Assembly: GCF_009914755.1 (NCBI RefSeq) | Contig: NC_060937.1 | Length of the DNA stretch: 64,000 nt | DNA from: the human T2T-CHM13v2.0 reference genome, Homo sapiens | Strand: one strand, 5' to 3' | Shown: in pieces, positions 24,761 to 38,327 of the stretch | Layout of the letters: each line of letters opens with the position of its first letter | Numbering within the stretch: the first letter of the stretch is position 1 | Program-made: the position numbers and the translations under genes | The notes under the pieces: model-generated | What the model was told of the DNA's origin: nothing | Database searches by the model: none | Seen by the model: only the letters and a program-made list of their open reading frames with translations

Positions 24761-27039
24761 GAGGCTCCTGAAGACAGGTTGCTAATGGAATATGGGCCCC
24801 AACAAGTAGCCTTTGGTTTATATCCCTCTATTGGTGAAATCACTGAAACTTCAGCCTCCCAGGTCCCAGTCTTTATAGGGGTCCCCAGAATGAGTCATGG
24901 GTGCCACTGGGTAAACTTTACTATTTACCTCTTCTCCTCCTTTTAATGGCACTTGCCTCCCCTCTGCCCTGATGTGTACCAGGGCTGAGCGCTTTGTAAC
25001 GTACATCTTCTGGGCCTGGCTCTGCATCCAACAGTTTTTCATTATATCATTGGTGTTGATTTTGTCTTAATCAATCTTTCTGCCATCTTTTACTGCACAG
25101 ACTTGGAAATATGCTGAATCTCACCAGTGTTCAAAACCTTTTCCTTCCATCTCAGCAACGGGACTACCACATGAAGTATAGCCTGCTCATTTGACTCAGT
25201 TTATTCAAACCTTTTTCTCCAGGACTTTGATGAACCTTCCATGGGTGCTGGGCTCCATGTGTTACTTCATTTAAATCCACATGCCTCACTCACATTCTGG
25301 TTTCCTGGACCTGGCGAGGACAATGACCTCTTGCTCCCCTGAGGGTGAATTTTGCTTCCATAAAAGTTTGCTGCCTGAGAAGTTAAATGGCAGCCCCTTG
25401 TGCTATTTTTACTTGAAAACCTTAACCCTGTGGACAACTCATCAACGAATCCAATCACTGCCTCTCCCATGAGACTCATTTGTCCTCACATAATGGGAGC
25501 CCCTGTCAATCTTTCAGCTGGTTGGCACAGACCTGCCTGTACATGCCTGATTTCACAGCCCATAGCCAGTTTAAGTCCTCACTCAAGGATCCTAGGTAAA
25601 ACAGTAAGGAAAATATTTAGCTAGTTATGGTTTCATCATCGTTAATTACAGCATTGATAAATTTGGAAAAAAGCACTGAGACGTTCTAGGGCAATAGCTA
25701 TCATACACAATTTCTTCCCCAGAAGTAATTAATGTTAGACATAGTCAAGTGGATGAGTGTCAGTTTTCTCTATACACACATAATAGCATGTATGACATAG
25801 CTTTGAAACTGAGTTTTGTGTTCACCTAGTGTGCTTCAGAATAAAAGATGAATTAAGCCACTTTTACCTGTCTTCATTTACAGCTTTCATCTTCTGAGTC
25901 TTTTCATCTTATTCTTATCTCTTCTTTTCAACCTGTACATTTTGAATATGAAATTGTGTGTTTCTGAAGAAGTTCCTAACACAGCTGTAAATTAGCCACA
26001 CATTGTGACTATGTGATAGTAAAGTAGGAAACGTAAGTTTATTTTCTAGTGCGAGACATTACCAAAAGCATGTTAATGCAGTGCATGAAGACAAAGGGAA
26101 AATTTTGGGGGCAAATACAGAGCTCACACATGTGAGTTCACATGTGAGCATAAAATATAGCTATTCCCATCTTCCTGGGAAACATATTAGACATCCTCAT
26201 GCAGGTGTCCATGCAAAGAACAGGACAATCAGGTGTGAAAGGATCCCCCAGACCAGCCCCACACCAAGCTGACCTACAGCTTCCATCCCCACTTTGAAAT
26301 AGAGCTGACCTTCTGGGGTCTGTCTTTACCACCAGCACTACTGCCCAGACCACTAGGTCTGATAAGCTACCTGTGGTCGAAGATCAAGGCTTATTCTGTA
26401 AACTTAGGAATAATTCAGGCATAATTCAGAGAGGTAAACTGAATCAGTGGCCAGAGGTAATGCATAGAGTTCTGGTCAGGAAATCTGAAAACCCAGGTAT
26501 TCTTACAGGTCTAGTTAGTCAAAATTTCCAAATACTTCTCTACTAGATTGAGGTTAGGAATAAACAAAAAAGAAAAGACAGTCCCTACCTATGAGGTGTT
26601 TCTATCGGTGGCTACCGAATGATTATTTTATTTATCACCCACTGTATCTAGGCCTGAATTGACTCATCTGTTAAATGGGTTGCACTATCCTATCCTTCCT
26701 ACCTTGTGAAGTAAGGTGACTAAAGAGTGAATAGGTGTAAAGTGCATGGAGTGTAATGGGAAAAAATGTGCCAATAGATTTTACTTTGGATATAAAATGT
26801 CTACAGCAGCCCTTCTGCTCCCAGGAAAAAATATAAGAAACTAACCATTCCACTTATAAAATAACTCGATTGCAAGCACAGTAATTGAATACTTTGTATG
26901 ATCTAGAAAATTAACCTCAATTCCTACATTATGAATACAGCATACTTAGTGATGAGAAGCAGCTAACAGGCCACCAAGACTTTCAAAACAACTAATAGAC
27001 TTTAATATCTGAGTGAAAAAGTATGTAATAAACAACAAA

Positions 27040-29515
27040 ATGCCACTAAACACCTATTAGAATGGCTAACGTCCAAAAGTTTGACAATACCAATTGCTGG
27101 CAAGGTTGCAGAGCAATAGTAACTCTCATTCATCAATGGTGAGAATGCAAATAGTACAGCCACTTTGAGAGTTTGGCAATTTACGATAGAGCTAAACATA
27201 GTCTTACCATATGATCCAGCAATCATATTCTTAGGTATTTATCCATTTGATTTTAAATCTTATGTCTACACAATCTTGCATGTACACAAAACTAAACAAA
27301 AATGTTGATAGCAGCTTTATTAATAATTGCCAAAACCTGGAAGAAACAAATTCTTCAATAGATGAATGGACAAACTGGTACATCCATGCAATGTAATATT
27401 ATTCAGCAACAAATATATGAACTACCAAACCACAAACATATACAGATGAACCTTAAATGCATATTACCGAGTGAAAGAATCCCATCTGAAAAGGCTGCAT
27501 ACTATATGATTCCAAATATATAACATTCTGGAAAAGGCTAAACTATAGAAATAGTAAATTGGTCAGTGATTGTCAGAGAAGGAAGGAGGGCTGAATGGGT
27601 GAAGTACAGGATGTTTTAGGTGGCGAAATTATCTTGTATAATACTATAATGGTGGATATATGACATTATGCATTTGTAAACACCCATAGAATTTTTCACC
27701 AAGATAGCGAATTTTAATCTATGAAAACGTTTTAAAAAATTATTTAGGAGGCCAGAAATCCCGGGATGGAACACAGAATGTGCTAAAATAGTCTAACTTT
27801 ATTGCAAATGTTTGGAACAACCTCACTGAAAGGAGAGTGGCCAATAATTGTGATATACTATACATGTTTACTGAAAATTAACAATTAATCAAATGGATGG
27901 CAGATGGTGGGAGCCATGTTTCTCACTGTTGGAGAGTGAAGTTACAGGTACGCAAGGGGAAATGGCTAGAATGATCTCTGCTGACGGCTTAGGACTGAGA
28001 TATTAGAATGACATATATCTATACATCATATATATATATACATATATATATGTGTGTATATATATATATAGACACACATAGGCACAGGTTAGTATACACA
28101 GGGCCTAGAAGCAGCCATACCCCAATATCAACAAACAAACCTACCACACAGATCTTTGTTTCTAATGCCATTCTGTAATAAAAGAAACCAGGGTTCTTTG
28201 AAGAAATGTCTAGGATCTGGGCAGGAAATACATACGATGATCCTAGTGCATCTTGTAATGACAGAAAAGCTAAAGCAAAGAAAAAACCAACCAGACAAAA
28301 AGCCACACGCTAATCGGAGTATAACACAAGGACACAAGAGCCAACTAAAAGATGTCCCAAAGGCCAAAGCTGGAATAATTTGACCAACGAAATAAAGTAT
28401 TATTGGATTATAACTCAAACTCTAAAATAAATGTCCATGAATCCATACTGGTGTAAGTAAATGATTGAATAAAGAAATAAATGGCAAAGAAAAGACACAT
28501 CTCTCATATAGAATAATTCCAAATAACGTATGTAATTGCTTTCCTTCTCCTTAAGTGTGCATGGCACATAGTGACTTTCTTCACAGGAGTACACTCTGGA
28601 AAGGAGAACAAACAACTGAACAGTTGAGAAACTCCAGGCCAGACGCAGTGGCTCATGCCTTTAATCTCAGCACTTTGGAAGGCCAAGATGGGAGGATCGC
28701 TTGTGCCTAGGAGTTCAAGACCTGCGTGGGCAATAAAGTGAGACTCCATCTCTACCAAAAAAAAAAAAAAAAGAAAGAAAAAAAAAAAAAGGAAAGAAAG
28801 AAAAGAAAAAAGAAAAATTAGCCTGTGTTGGTGCGTGCCTGTAATCCCAGCTACTCAGGAGGCTGAGGTGGGAGGATCACTTGAGTCCAGGAGATTGAAG
28901 CTACAGTGAGCTGTGACTGCACCACTGCACTTCAGCCTGGGCCACGGTGAGATCCCGTCTCAAAAAACAAAAAAAAAAAAAGAGAAACTCCACAAACTCT
29001 ACCTCAGTCAAGCGATCGAGGTTAACACTATTACATCAGTCACGTTGATGGCACGTACCCTTGATAGGATGTAACGTGGATGGCACTTTTCTTTTGTGGT
29101 CTTCTTCCCCAAAATTTACAACCTGTTTAATCAGGAGAAGCACGTTAGGCAAATACCACTTGAGGGGCATTCTACAAAATATATAACTAGCACTCCTCAA
29201 AACTTCTAAGGAAATTCTGACAAACTGTCACAGCCAAAAAGAACTTAAGGAGACATGATTACTAACTGTGATGTGGCATCCTAGATGTTTCCTGGAACAG
29301 AAAAAGGACATTAGGTAAAAACTAAGGAAATCTGAATAAAGTATGGACCTTAGTTAATAATAATCTATTAATATTGGCTCATTAATTGTGACACATGTAC
29401 CATATTAATGCAGTATGGATAATAGGGGAAACTGGCATTTACGGGAGCTCTCTGTACTATATCTATAATTTTTCTGTCAATCTAAAACTGTTCTAACACA
29501 AAAATTTTATCCAAA
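27040..29515 (+). mobile_element. L1MC3-like ORF2 end plus long 3'UTR (interrupted by AluJ)
   Basis: cacctattagaatggcta, gatccagcaatc, tggatggcagatggtgggagcca and gtatggaccttagttaataat; (TA)n at ~28015-28075. Confidence 0.8.
28637..28981 (+). mobile_element. AluJ with expanded A-rich middle linker
   Basis: ggccagacgcagtggctcatgcct...; perfect 11-bp TSD GAGAAACTCCA (28626-28636 / 28982-28992). Confidence 0.93.
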
Positions 29516-30574
29516 AAATATATGTATATTTCTTCTGGTGCCATATTCCGTGTCAGATAAAAATCACCAGTTACTTATATATTTTTTTCAAGTAAGAAAA
29601 TGAAATGGGGGTCGGGGTGATTGTTTCAGACAAGCAGGAGTAGAAATTATGGAGTCTCATGGCTGGCAAGAGGAAGGATACGCGCTGAATGCAACATGCA
29701 CACACACGGCCTTGAAAACCAAAATCAAATGTCGTATGACATAAATGCGCATGGCAGAGGAAAAGGAAGCAGATCACCCCCCTGCCGAATGCATGATGTC
29801 TGCAGCTTCTCGATGGCTCCAGGACCTTTCCAGACCTCCAGGGCAGCAGATGACAGATCATTTCCATCACCACAGAGCATTTGGCAAAATCCAAAGAGCC
29901 CGGATTTGCACTTTTTAAAAGTTGTTTATCCACTCAAATTCTTCCCATTATTCTCAGAGAAAAACTTAGAAAATACTAACATTCTCATAAAATATTTAAT
30001 TATATAAAATTAGATAAAATATTTCATTCTGATTGGCAGAGATTTGATATATCCCTGCTTTCCCCATTTCTGTAACTTTAAAAGGAAAATTTAAAAAGAA
30101 AAACAACAGTGCCTTAGAAATGCTCCAAAAATTATAACTCTGATTAGAGTAGAACCATATGTCCCTGCATGAATGTTGGATCATTAATGGCCACTTCTTT
30201 TCAGGGCTATTTTTAAGCCAAGATAGTGAGGGGTTGTCACTGCAAATACATCACAGTGTTGTCCTTTACCCTCTAGCTCGCCCTTAGGCACACTGCTTGT
30301 GAAAGCTGGAATCTCAATCAGGGCATTTGTGTTCCATTTGAGTGAGTTTGGCAGAACACTATTTAACCCTACGGGCTAATTACTAAATATCTGTCATGTA
30401 ATCGGTGGAGACTAATCCATCTATGAATTCAGGTCAACTTGGCAAAAAAAAAAAATGAAGGTCTTTTTCTAAGAGGTATTGGTAAACCACTGAACACAGC
30501 TTCAACTTCAGGCATATTGTCAATGGTTCATGCAACATCACCAGTCATATTCTGGAAACAAAACAGAAAACCTT

Positions 30575-30700
30575 CAAGATGGGGTGGCAGAACTCCTAGG
30601 CTGTGGCCCTGGCTCTGCCACTAACTTTGCCTATTTGGACCTCAGAATCTTCAACTGTAAAATAAGAGAGTTAGTTTAGATGGACTATGAGAGCTTCACA
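30575..30700 (+). mobile_element. MIR
   Basis: ccctggctctgccactaact...ggacctcag...tcaactgtaaaataagagagttag. Confidence 0.6.
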
Positions 30701-31175
30701 AACCTCACTCCCTAAGAGGAACATGAACATTTATTCCCAGGGTCCTAGGACTTTGTTGCCTAAGGGAACCTCAGCAAGTGGATAAAGTCTGGGAATTCTT
30801 AGGTTTTATTTGAAAATTTGTGCAGTTTATATACTTTTCATAGTATATATCAATATTTTTAATATAAAAATGTTTCAAATTAGTTACTATTAAACTAGCA
30901 TCATTAAATTATTTGCCATTTTCCTTCTACATAACAGAGTAAAATTGATATTTATGGGAGATCCATGCCATGCATACTCTACGGCTCCTCCGATGCTTAC
31001 GGTCTTTCTCTTCCGGTTTGAGTCGGCAGGACCAAGGTTTTCTCTAGCTCATAATTTCCTGACTCAGTAAAAAATTTTAATGATTTATTACATTCTGAAA
31101 TCATGACATAATCAGACTTGCAAATTACAACTGTACCAAAGAACAGATGAAGATGTGTCGCAATGTCTGTGCCCA

Positions 31176-31543
31176 CCATCAGAGGACATGTGTAGTCTGA
31201 GCCTCATAGGTTCTAAGTGCCTCACCATCTTTGAATGCAAATCAATGAGACTTTTCATCACCCGATAACCAGAACATTACCACTTTTACAGTTTAAATGG
31301 CGTTGGCCAATGTATTTGAATCAGGTACAAGTTTAAAGAGTTTATGGTTATTGAAGAGTTAAAGAACAAAAGAGCCCAACTTATTCAGTCAAAACATCCC
31401 AAGCCATCCTATTAAGCACCGCATTAAATTTCAGAATTTATTATTCCTCTTTTAAAAAACAACAGCAAAAGAGCATCAATAAATAAGTGCTCTGAAGTTG
31501 TGCAGAGGGCTTCCCATACAGAGACAACTGTTGGGCCAACAGC
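31176..31543 (+). repeat. Copy 1 of ~365-bp local direct duplication (no TE family recognised)
   Basis: Aligns to 34020-34389 at about 85-88% by manual count. Confidence 0.95.
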
Positions 31544-31659
31544 TCTTAGTCCTTTGAGTGGCAATAATGATAGTATTAACTATTTGCAAAAATTTTAAAG
31601 TACTGTTTATGAGCCTTGTCTCCTCTAAACCTTACAATAGCGATAGGTTGTGCATAGGA

Positions 31660-32600
31660 TGGGTTGTCTTTCTTTCTCTGACTGATTTGTAGGAGTCTAT
31701 ATTTCAGGATAAGAGTCCTTTGAGAGATATATGTGTTCCAAAAACCTCCTCCCAGTTTACAGCTTGTCTGTCCATTGTCTTAGTGGATCCATTCTCTTAA
31801 TGTTCTTCAACAAACAGAAGTTCTTAATGTGAATAAAATCTAATTTTCCTATATTTTCTTTTATGATTAATGCTTTTTTGTGTTCTATTTAGGAAATGCT
31901 TGTGTGCTCCAAATTCATGAGGATGTTCTTCTTTGTTGTCTTCTAGAAGCTTGATTCATTTAACTCTTCTTATGACCCATGTTGAATTAAGTTTTGTGTA
32001 TGGTGTGAGGTGGTGTCAGTATTTCTTTCTTTCTATATGGACATCCTGTTGATTCAGCACCTTTTATTAAAGATATTGTAATTTTCCCCACTGAATTACA
32101 ATAAAGCATTAGTAATAAATCAGGCGCTTGTATATACATGTATGGACGCTTCTCTCTGTTACACTAGTCTATTTATTTATCCTTAAGCCAGTTAATTTAG
32201 AGTCGATAATAAAGTATATGATTTGTAGCAGGTAGATTTATAATAACTCTTGATTTTGACATTTGTTTTATTTTTTAAAATATTGCATTGGCTATTCTGG
32301 ATCCCTTGTTAGGCTACAAAAATTTGAGAATGAGCTTGTCAATTTCTACAAAAGAGCCTGTTGGTATTTTCCTTGGCATTGCCTTAAATCTATAAATCAA
32401 TTTGGGAAGAATAGACACCTAACAATATTGAGACTTTCCATCACTGATTATGGTATATATTCCCTGCATTTGTTACTGTTTTATTGATTTTTTTCTCAGT
32501 AATATTTTGTAGCTTTCCATATCTTGCATACCTTCCGCATCTTTAGTTAGATTGAGTCTAGATAGCTGATATTTTCTAACGCCACATGCACAGGATTGTT
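31660..32600 (-). mobile_element. Old L1 (L1ME-like) ORF2 fragment
   Basis: ttttgtgtatggtgtgagg, ttcagcaccttttattaaa and atcaatttgggaagaatagaca. Confidence 0.75.
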
Positions 32601-32695
32601 AGTTTCTCTTTCATTACTTATTTTACCATTTCCATTATTGTAAAACATTCAACTTCCTTCAGAATTTTTATTTTCTGATTAATGTTATGATGAAG

Positions 32696-33160
32696 ATGTT
32701 ATAGTTGTGGAGCTGCAAAGTTAGAGGTTCCTGGGGAAAATCTTGGGACCTCCACTAAAAGCAAGCAATGGAAGTTATAAATATACATTTCAATGGAGGG
32801 TAAGACTCAGGACTATGGAGACATCTGAGCTTATATTTCCCCTGGGGACATTTATTTTCATTCCATAAAATTAGAGTAAGAACCCAGGATCCTTACCAAA
32901 GAGACTTTCTGGAGAGGGGAAACAGCTGCCTTTCCTATAATAAAAATTAGGATTATTTTCTTTCAGGGTTCCTCACCTACAATCCCCTTTATGTATAGGA
33001 TGCATTTGGCTCTCATTTTGTCACACTAGATGTAAGAATTAAGGCACAAGGGAACCCTAAAATTATATGCCATGAGTAAATAATAATAATATTCTTAGCT
33101 CCAGAAAACCTTGTTTGTGCATTCAGGTTAATATTAATAAATATGGATATTTAAAACTTA
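32696..33160 (+). mobile_element. Old ERVL-type LTR (LTR40/41-like)
   Basis: tcagggttcctc...atttggctctc...aaggcacaagggaacc...atgagtaaataa resembles the LTRs at 53-54 kb. Confidence 0.45.
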
Positions 33161-33274
33161 ATAATAGTTTTTTTTTCATGAGGATGAAGTATTTGTCTGG
33201 TTTTGATCGTCACAGTGTATTCCCTGACATCCCTTAGCACACAGTAGGAACTTGGTAAATATAGGTTACGTGAT

Positions 33275-33785
33275 GTATTAGTTATCTATTTCTGTGAACA
33301 AATTACCCCAAAGTTTAGCATATGAAAACACAAACATTTATGATCTCATCATTTCTATGGGTCAAAAATCCAAGGACAGCTTAGCTGGGTTGTTCCATTT
33401 CCGGTTGTCTCATGAAGCCCCAGGGTATCTTGGGGCTGCAGTTATCTGAAGATTGACTGGGGCTGGAGGAAGTACTTCCAAATTCACTTATGCAGCTGTT
33501 GACCAAGGCTTTGGTTCCTAACCACGTGGGCCTCTCCATAGGGTTATTTGTGATGAGGCAGCTGACTTTGCCAAGAGAAAGTTATGAGAGGAGAAAGAGA
33601 GCACGCTGTTTTATGATTTAATCTCTGAGTTATGTGCATACCATCATTTCTGCTTTTTTCTATTTATTAAAAGCATGCCACTAAGTCCAGCCTACATTCA
33701 ATAGGAGGAGATTACATGATTACACAAAAGCATGAATACTGGGAGGCAGGGATCACTGGGGCTTTCTTAGAGGCTGACTACTACA
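33275..33785 (-). mobile_element. MLT1F-like MaLR LTR
   Basis: tgtattagttatctatt...acaaattaccccaaa...ttagaggctgactactaca. Confidence 0.8.
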
Positions 33786-34019
33786 CATCAATAAATGAAG
33801 TACAAGATGTGATATTATTTATCTGTTTGACTAATTATGCACCTCCTGCTTCAGCTCTAAACTCTGGATTGAGTAGAATTTACATAGGCATGGAAAAGAA
33901 CAAAGGGGTTCCCACTGGAAGAAACACTGTACAAAATAACAGAACATAAAAGGGCATGTTCTCTGCAGGGAACTATAAGTAGATCTCCAAGGGAACACAG
34001 GATACTGAATAGCACTCCT

Positions 34020-34389
34020 CCATCAGAGGACGTGTATAGTCTGAGCCTCATAGGTTCTAAGCCACTCACTAACTTTGAATGCAAATCAATGAGACTTTTC
34101 ATCACCTGGTGGCCAGAACATTATCACTTTGATAGTTTAAATGGCATTGACCAATGTATTTGAATCAGGTACAAGTTTGAAGATTTTCTGGTTATTAAGG
34201 AGTTAGAAAACTAAAGAGCCCAATTTACTCAGTCAAAACATCCCATGACATCCTATTAAGCACAGCATTAAATTTCACAATTCATTATTACTATTTTAAA
34301 AGACAACAGTAAAGGAGTGTCAATAAATAAGTGTTCAGAAGTTGCGCAGACTGCTTCCCATACAAAGACTAAACTATTGGGCTGACAGC
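34020..34389 (+). repeat. Copy 2 of ~365-bp local direct duplication
   Basis: Aligns to 31176-31543 at offset 2844. Confidence 0.95.
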
Positions 34390-35114
34390 CAAGGTGTTTG
34401 CCTGTCTCTGCCCGTGACATCTAACCTCTTTGTAATCTAAGATGGGTTCTGTCCTGGGCAGCACGTACACAAGGAAATGCACCTCAAGGGGCGTTTTCCT
34501 CGTGCTGATTCCCTCTTACTGCTGTTTTTTCATCTCTATTACCCTAATGCCTTTGCTTTTGTTCTCAATTTTATATTCTAAACTATTGATTTCTGCTGCT
34601 AGGTCTTTTGGATGCTAAAACACATTTAATGAATCTACAGTTCCTGCCTAACATTCCTGGCTTTGCCTGGCTCAAATTCCTTCTAGCCAAAACTGCAGTC
34701 TAGATTTAGGCAGCTCTCTCTTTTTAGGTCCCTAGGAGTGGGAGGTGGAACTGATCTTCCTTTCTCCATGGGAATCCAGGAACTCTGCAGAAGATAACAA
34801 CGGCTTCCATGATAAGTGTAAAGTGTGTGTGTGCACACGCATGTGTGTCCTGCACAAGTATGAAAGTATGACTTTCCACTTTTCTTGGATATCATCTACC
34901 CGGTTTATGTCTTTAGTACCTCTTAGGACTCACTCAACAATTTAAGTGTCAAGGCAATGTCACCAAAAACTTTATTTAATGTCACAACTCTGGCAGCTCC
35001 ATTCTTGAATGATGAATCTTGTAAAGGCACTCCAAGCGTTTTTCAAAGAGAAAAGAGAAATGGAAAAATCTCAACTGTGCCCGCATAGAGGACTCTAAAG
35101 TCCAGGGCTAGGCC

Positions 35115-35290
35115 ACAACATTTACTAAAGTCTACTGCGTGCTGGGCATTGTGCTAGGTGCATGGAGAAAGTAATAATGCCTTCGCTCAAAGGAAGTGAA
35201 GTCCAGGAGAAGACTAGACATCAGTGAAACAATCACACATATAAACATGTAAAGTCAGACAGCCACAAATTGTACAAAGACAAAATACCC
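35115..35290 (-). mobile_element. L2 fragment
   Basis: caacatttactaaagtctactgcgtgctgggcattgtgctaggtgc. Confidence 0.65.
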
Positions 35291-36634
35291 TCATAGGAAT
35301 GCAGAACTCTGCACATTACTGCAGCCTCTCAGAATACATGAAAACTGTGTGTGTGTGTGCCTGTAGACATGTGTGAGCCTACGTGCCCATTTGAAGTTGT
35401 ACTGGGCCAGGAATGAGAATAAAAACATCGATAATTCAAAGATTCTCTAAGAGACAAGGAATTGGGGCCTGCTTGGGGCCTTCTTTTTGTCACTTCTTTG
35501 ACACTCCATGGTATGACTAGAAATGCTGGAACCAGAAGCTAATTCAGAATTTCTTTGCTTGGGCTTGGCATGTGCTTGTAATGAAAGTGAAATTAGGAGT
35601 AGAGGACATGCAAATAAGTTTGCTCTCCATCAACCTTGACTTCCCAGTGCATAGGCAATAATAAAGTCACGGTGAAGGAAGTTTATAATAAAATTACTTC
35701 TCAAAACAGGTACGTTTGCTAAATAATGTGCCATTGAACCAGTTTTGTTGAATTCAATTATGTGATATTAAGTCGTGTGCTGCATGCAAGGCCCTGTTTT
35801 AAACATTCCTGTGAGCAAATGCGGAGGTTTACAATCACTCTCTGCCCTAAAGAAGCAATGATTTGAAACAGAATTGGCATCAGAACAAATTACTGTAAAG
35901 AACAATTCAACCCTACCAGTTAGTTTTAATAAATGTGTTTATCAAGTTTTTAATGGGGCCAAGTGGAAAGGCAGTGCCTTATGTGCAGCCTTGTGACATA
36001 ATGGAAAATATAATTTCATAATGAGTTAATAATAAATGTGTATGGGCTAAGCAAGAGCACAGTTCATTTTAAAGACTCATTAAGTAGAAGATTTGACCGT
36101 GTCTCTGAAATGAAAGTGTGCACACACTGTTTCAAAATGAAGTGGAGTTGAAAGCCTGGGATTGCATTGCTTGATCAACTCTTCCTGGAAAAGCAACAGA
36201 ATTTGTAACACTTGTTTTGTCACTCTTGCTTTACTCTTTAGAGAGTGATAAAATTATTAATGCTCTATTTTTTTTTAACTAAACAGAAACTTCTGTTTAG
36301 GACAGACTACATGGAAATGTTCAGGAAACTGATTTCTGCATAAGCATATGTGGCTGCCTCTAGGGCAAGAAGACTGGGGATATCACCATGGGCTCAATGT
36401 TCATTGTGAAGAAGCCTCAAGGAAATTGTACCTTATGATTAAAATTTTACAAATGACATATTTCACAAATTATAATGTTGCCAATTAAATGTACACATTT
36501 CTATGCAAACATGCATTACTTGAGTTGTTCTAAGCTCACACCTTTACAGCACTGTGCATATGTGTACTTGCAAATTTGAAACTAAGTAGTATTTCAAGGA
36601 TACAAACTACTCACGAGGTGCAGTTAGAGGGCTT

Positions 36635-37051
36635 CTGTTGCAGGGAAGGCTTCCTGGGAACTTAGTGAGCATGATGTTTCTTAGGGAGAGCCCTTAGTAG
36701 CCACACCTGTGGAAGGGTGGGGACAGAGGCAGGCAGAGGGAGAAGTGAGTTGTAATGCAGGCCAAATGAGCTCCAGATGACCTCACTGGAAGCTATGAAG
36801 GTCAAATAACCCATCAGAGTTACTTTTGAGTTGAGTCAAAATAGCCAATGTTTATCCCTCTGCCTTGGTCAGTCATTGGATACAGACCACCTGGAAAAGG
36901 GATTTGACCTTGAGTGAGGGAGTTGTCTGCAGCCAACTGAGGCAATCCCAGAAAAGCCTAACAGGGGAAGCCTGTCAGCTGACAGCATGCCCAACAGGTG
37001 GGGGAACAAGTCCTTGAAGTGGGATCTAGGCCGTGTATCACGGTGTCCACA
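36635..37051 (-). mobile_element. LTR16-like ERVL LTR
   Basis: ggcagagggagaagt, cagtcattggata and gaccttgagtgagg; the end carries a 25-bp tandem duplication. Confidence 0.7.
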
Positions 37052-38327
37052 TAGGCCATGTATCACAGTGTCCACAAAAGACCAGAGGCAGGTCCTGCTA
37101 ATCAAGTGATCCCATGAATCTTTTCTCATGATTTAGCAGATCAGATCCCAGTACTGCTCACTGGTAATGCAATATCCCAAACAGGCGGCTCTCATGCAAG
37201 GCCTCTTCTTCTCTGCTACTGAGAAACAACATGCAATCTTGGAAAATTTCAAACACAACACATCCAATTCAGGGGAGCACCAGAAAACCAGCAAACCTGC
37301 AGCAAGCGTGATGTAACTACAGTGTTGTACAAGCCACGACTCATGCATTAAGGTCAAAACGCAGATTTATTTTTGTCACTCCCTAACCCTTCCCAAAGTC
37401 TCCTCATAGCTCCAGGAACAAGCTCTATATTTATCCCACATTATCTCTTCCCTGCTCCCAAGGGTCTGTCCCTGACCAGGCAGTGCTCTCTCACACTCAA
37501 GGGTGCAGTGAATCTCAATCGGTCCACAGTCAGCTTTAGTTTTCTTAGGCAAGAATTGGGCCTCCTGAGGTTGCTACTGAGGAGAACACATTTCAAAGCT
37601 CTCCAAGTGGCTTTCCTAAAACTCTCCTCCCTAGGCTTGGAGCTGAACCACAGCACCCATTGCACAGCACAGAAAGGCTTTAGCTTTCTTCAAAGAAGTC
37701 TGTCTACGAGTCTCATCTCAAAGTTCTCCCTGGGACTTCTATCTCTGGTCTGGCTGAGGCAGTCAAGAGTTGAGTTGTGGAAAGGGGTCTTAAAACCGTT
37801 TGCTTTGGGTATCTGAATATACATGGTGGAGGCCTGTTGTATTCTGACTTTGATATCTTGATATCTATCCTGTGATGCCTTGGTATCTCCTGAAGCAGGG
37901 AGGAGCCCCAGTAACACCTCCTTCTACACTATAATGAGTAAAGTTGCCAGTGGAATCTGGTGGTCAGTGAAGGGCTGTTGGACGGGCTGAGAGCTTGTGT
38001 TCAGATCCAGCTACCACATACAGAGTCTCTCCATTGCAATCTCCTTTCTGAGGACATGGAGTTCTTAGCTTCCATGCCAGCCAAATATCTTCTAAAGAAT
38101 AATTTTCACTAAGTTAACATAAATAATCAGAGAAATTAATTGAATTTTTTCAAAAAAGGAAATTGTGATATTTTAGAAGTTTCTTTGAGCTCAAAGATAC
38201 TTTATAGAACATCTAATTACATATCTTTATTTTATAAATAAGGAAATTGGCCTCCCAAGAGGTTTTTAAATCATCACTCATTTATTCAAAATATTATTTA
38301 GTGTGTACTCTTTGTCAAGTATGATAG

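Noticed and set aside
33857-34105. ORF MMKSLIDLHSK... as a coding explanation for the duplicated module
   Set aside because: It covers only the first ~85 bp of the duplicated block. The two copies diverge beyond it and many substitutions are non-synonymous.
37133-37917. Cluster of overlapping ORFs in unique, moderately GC-rich DNA
   Set aside because: There is no recognisable protein similarity or consistent splice signals. ORFs on both strands fit chance, though a tBLASTx would be the definitive test.
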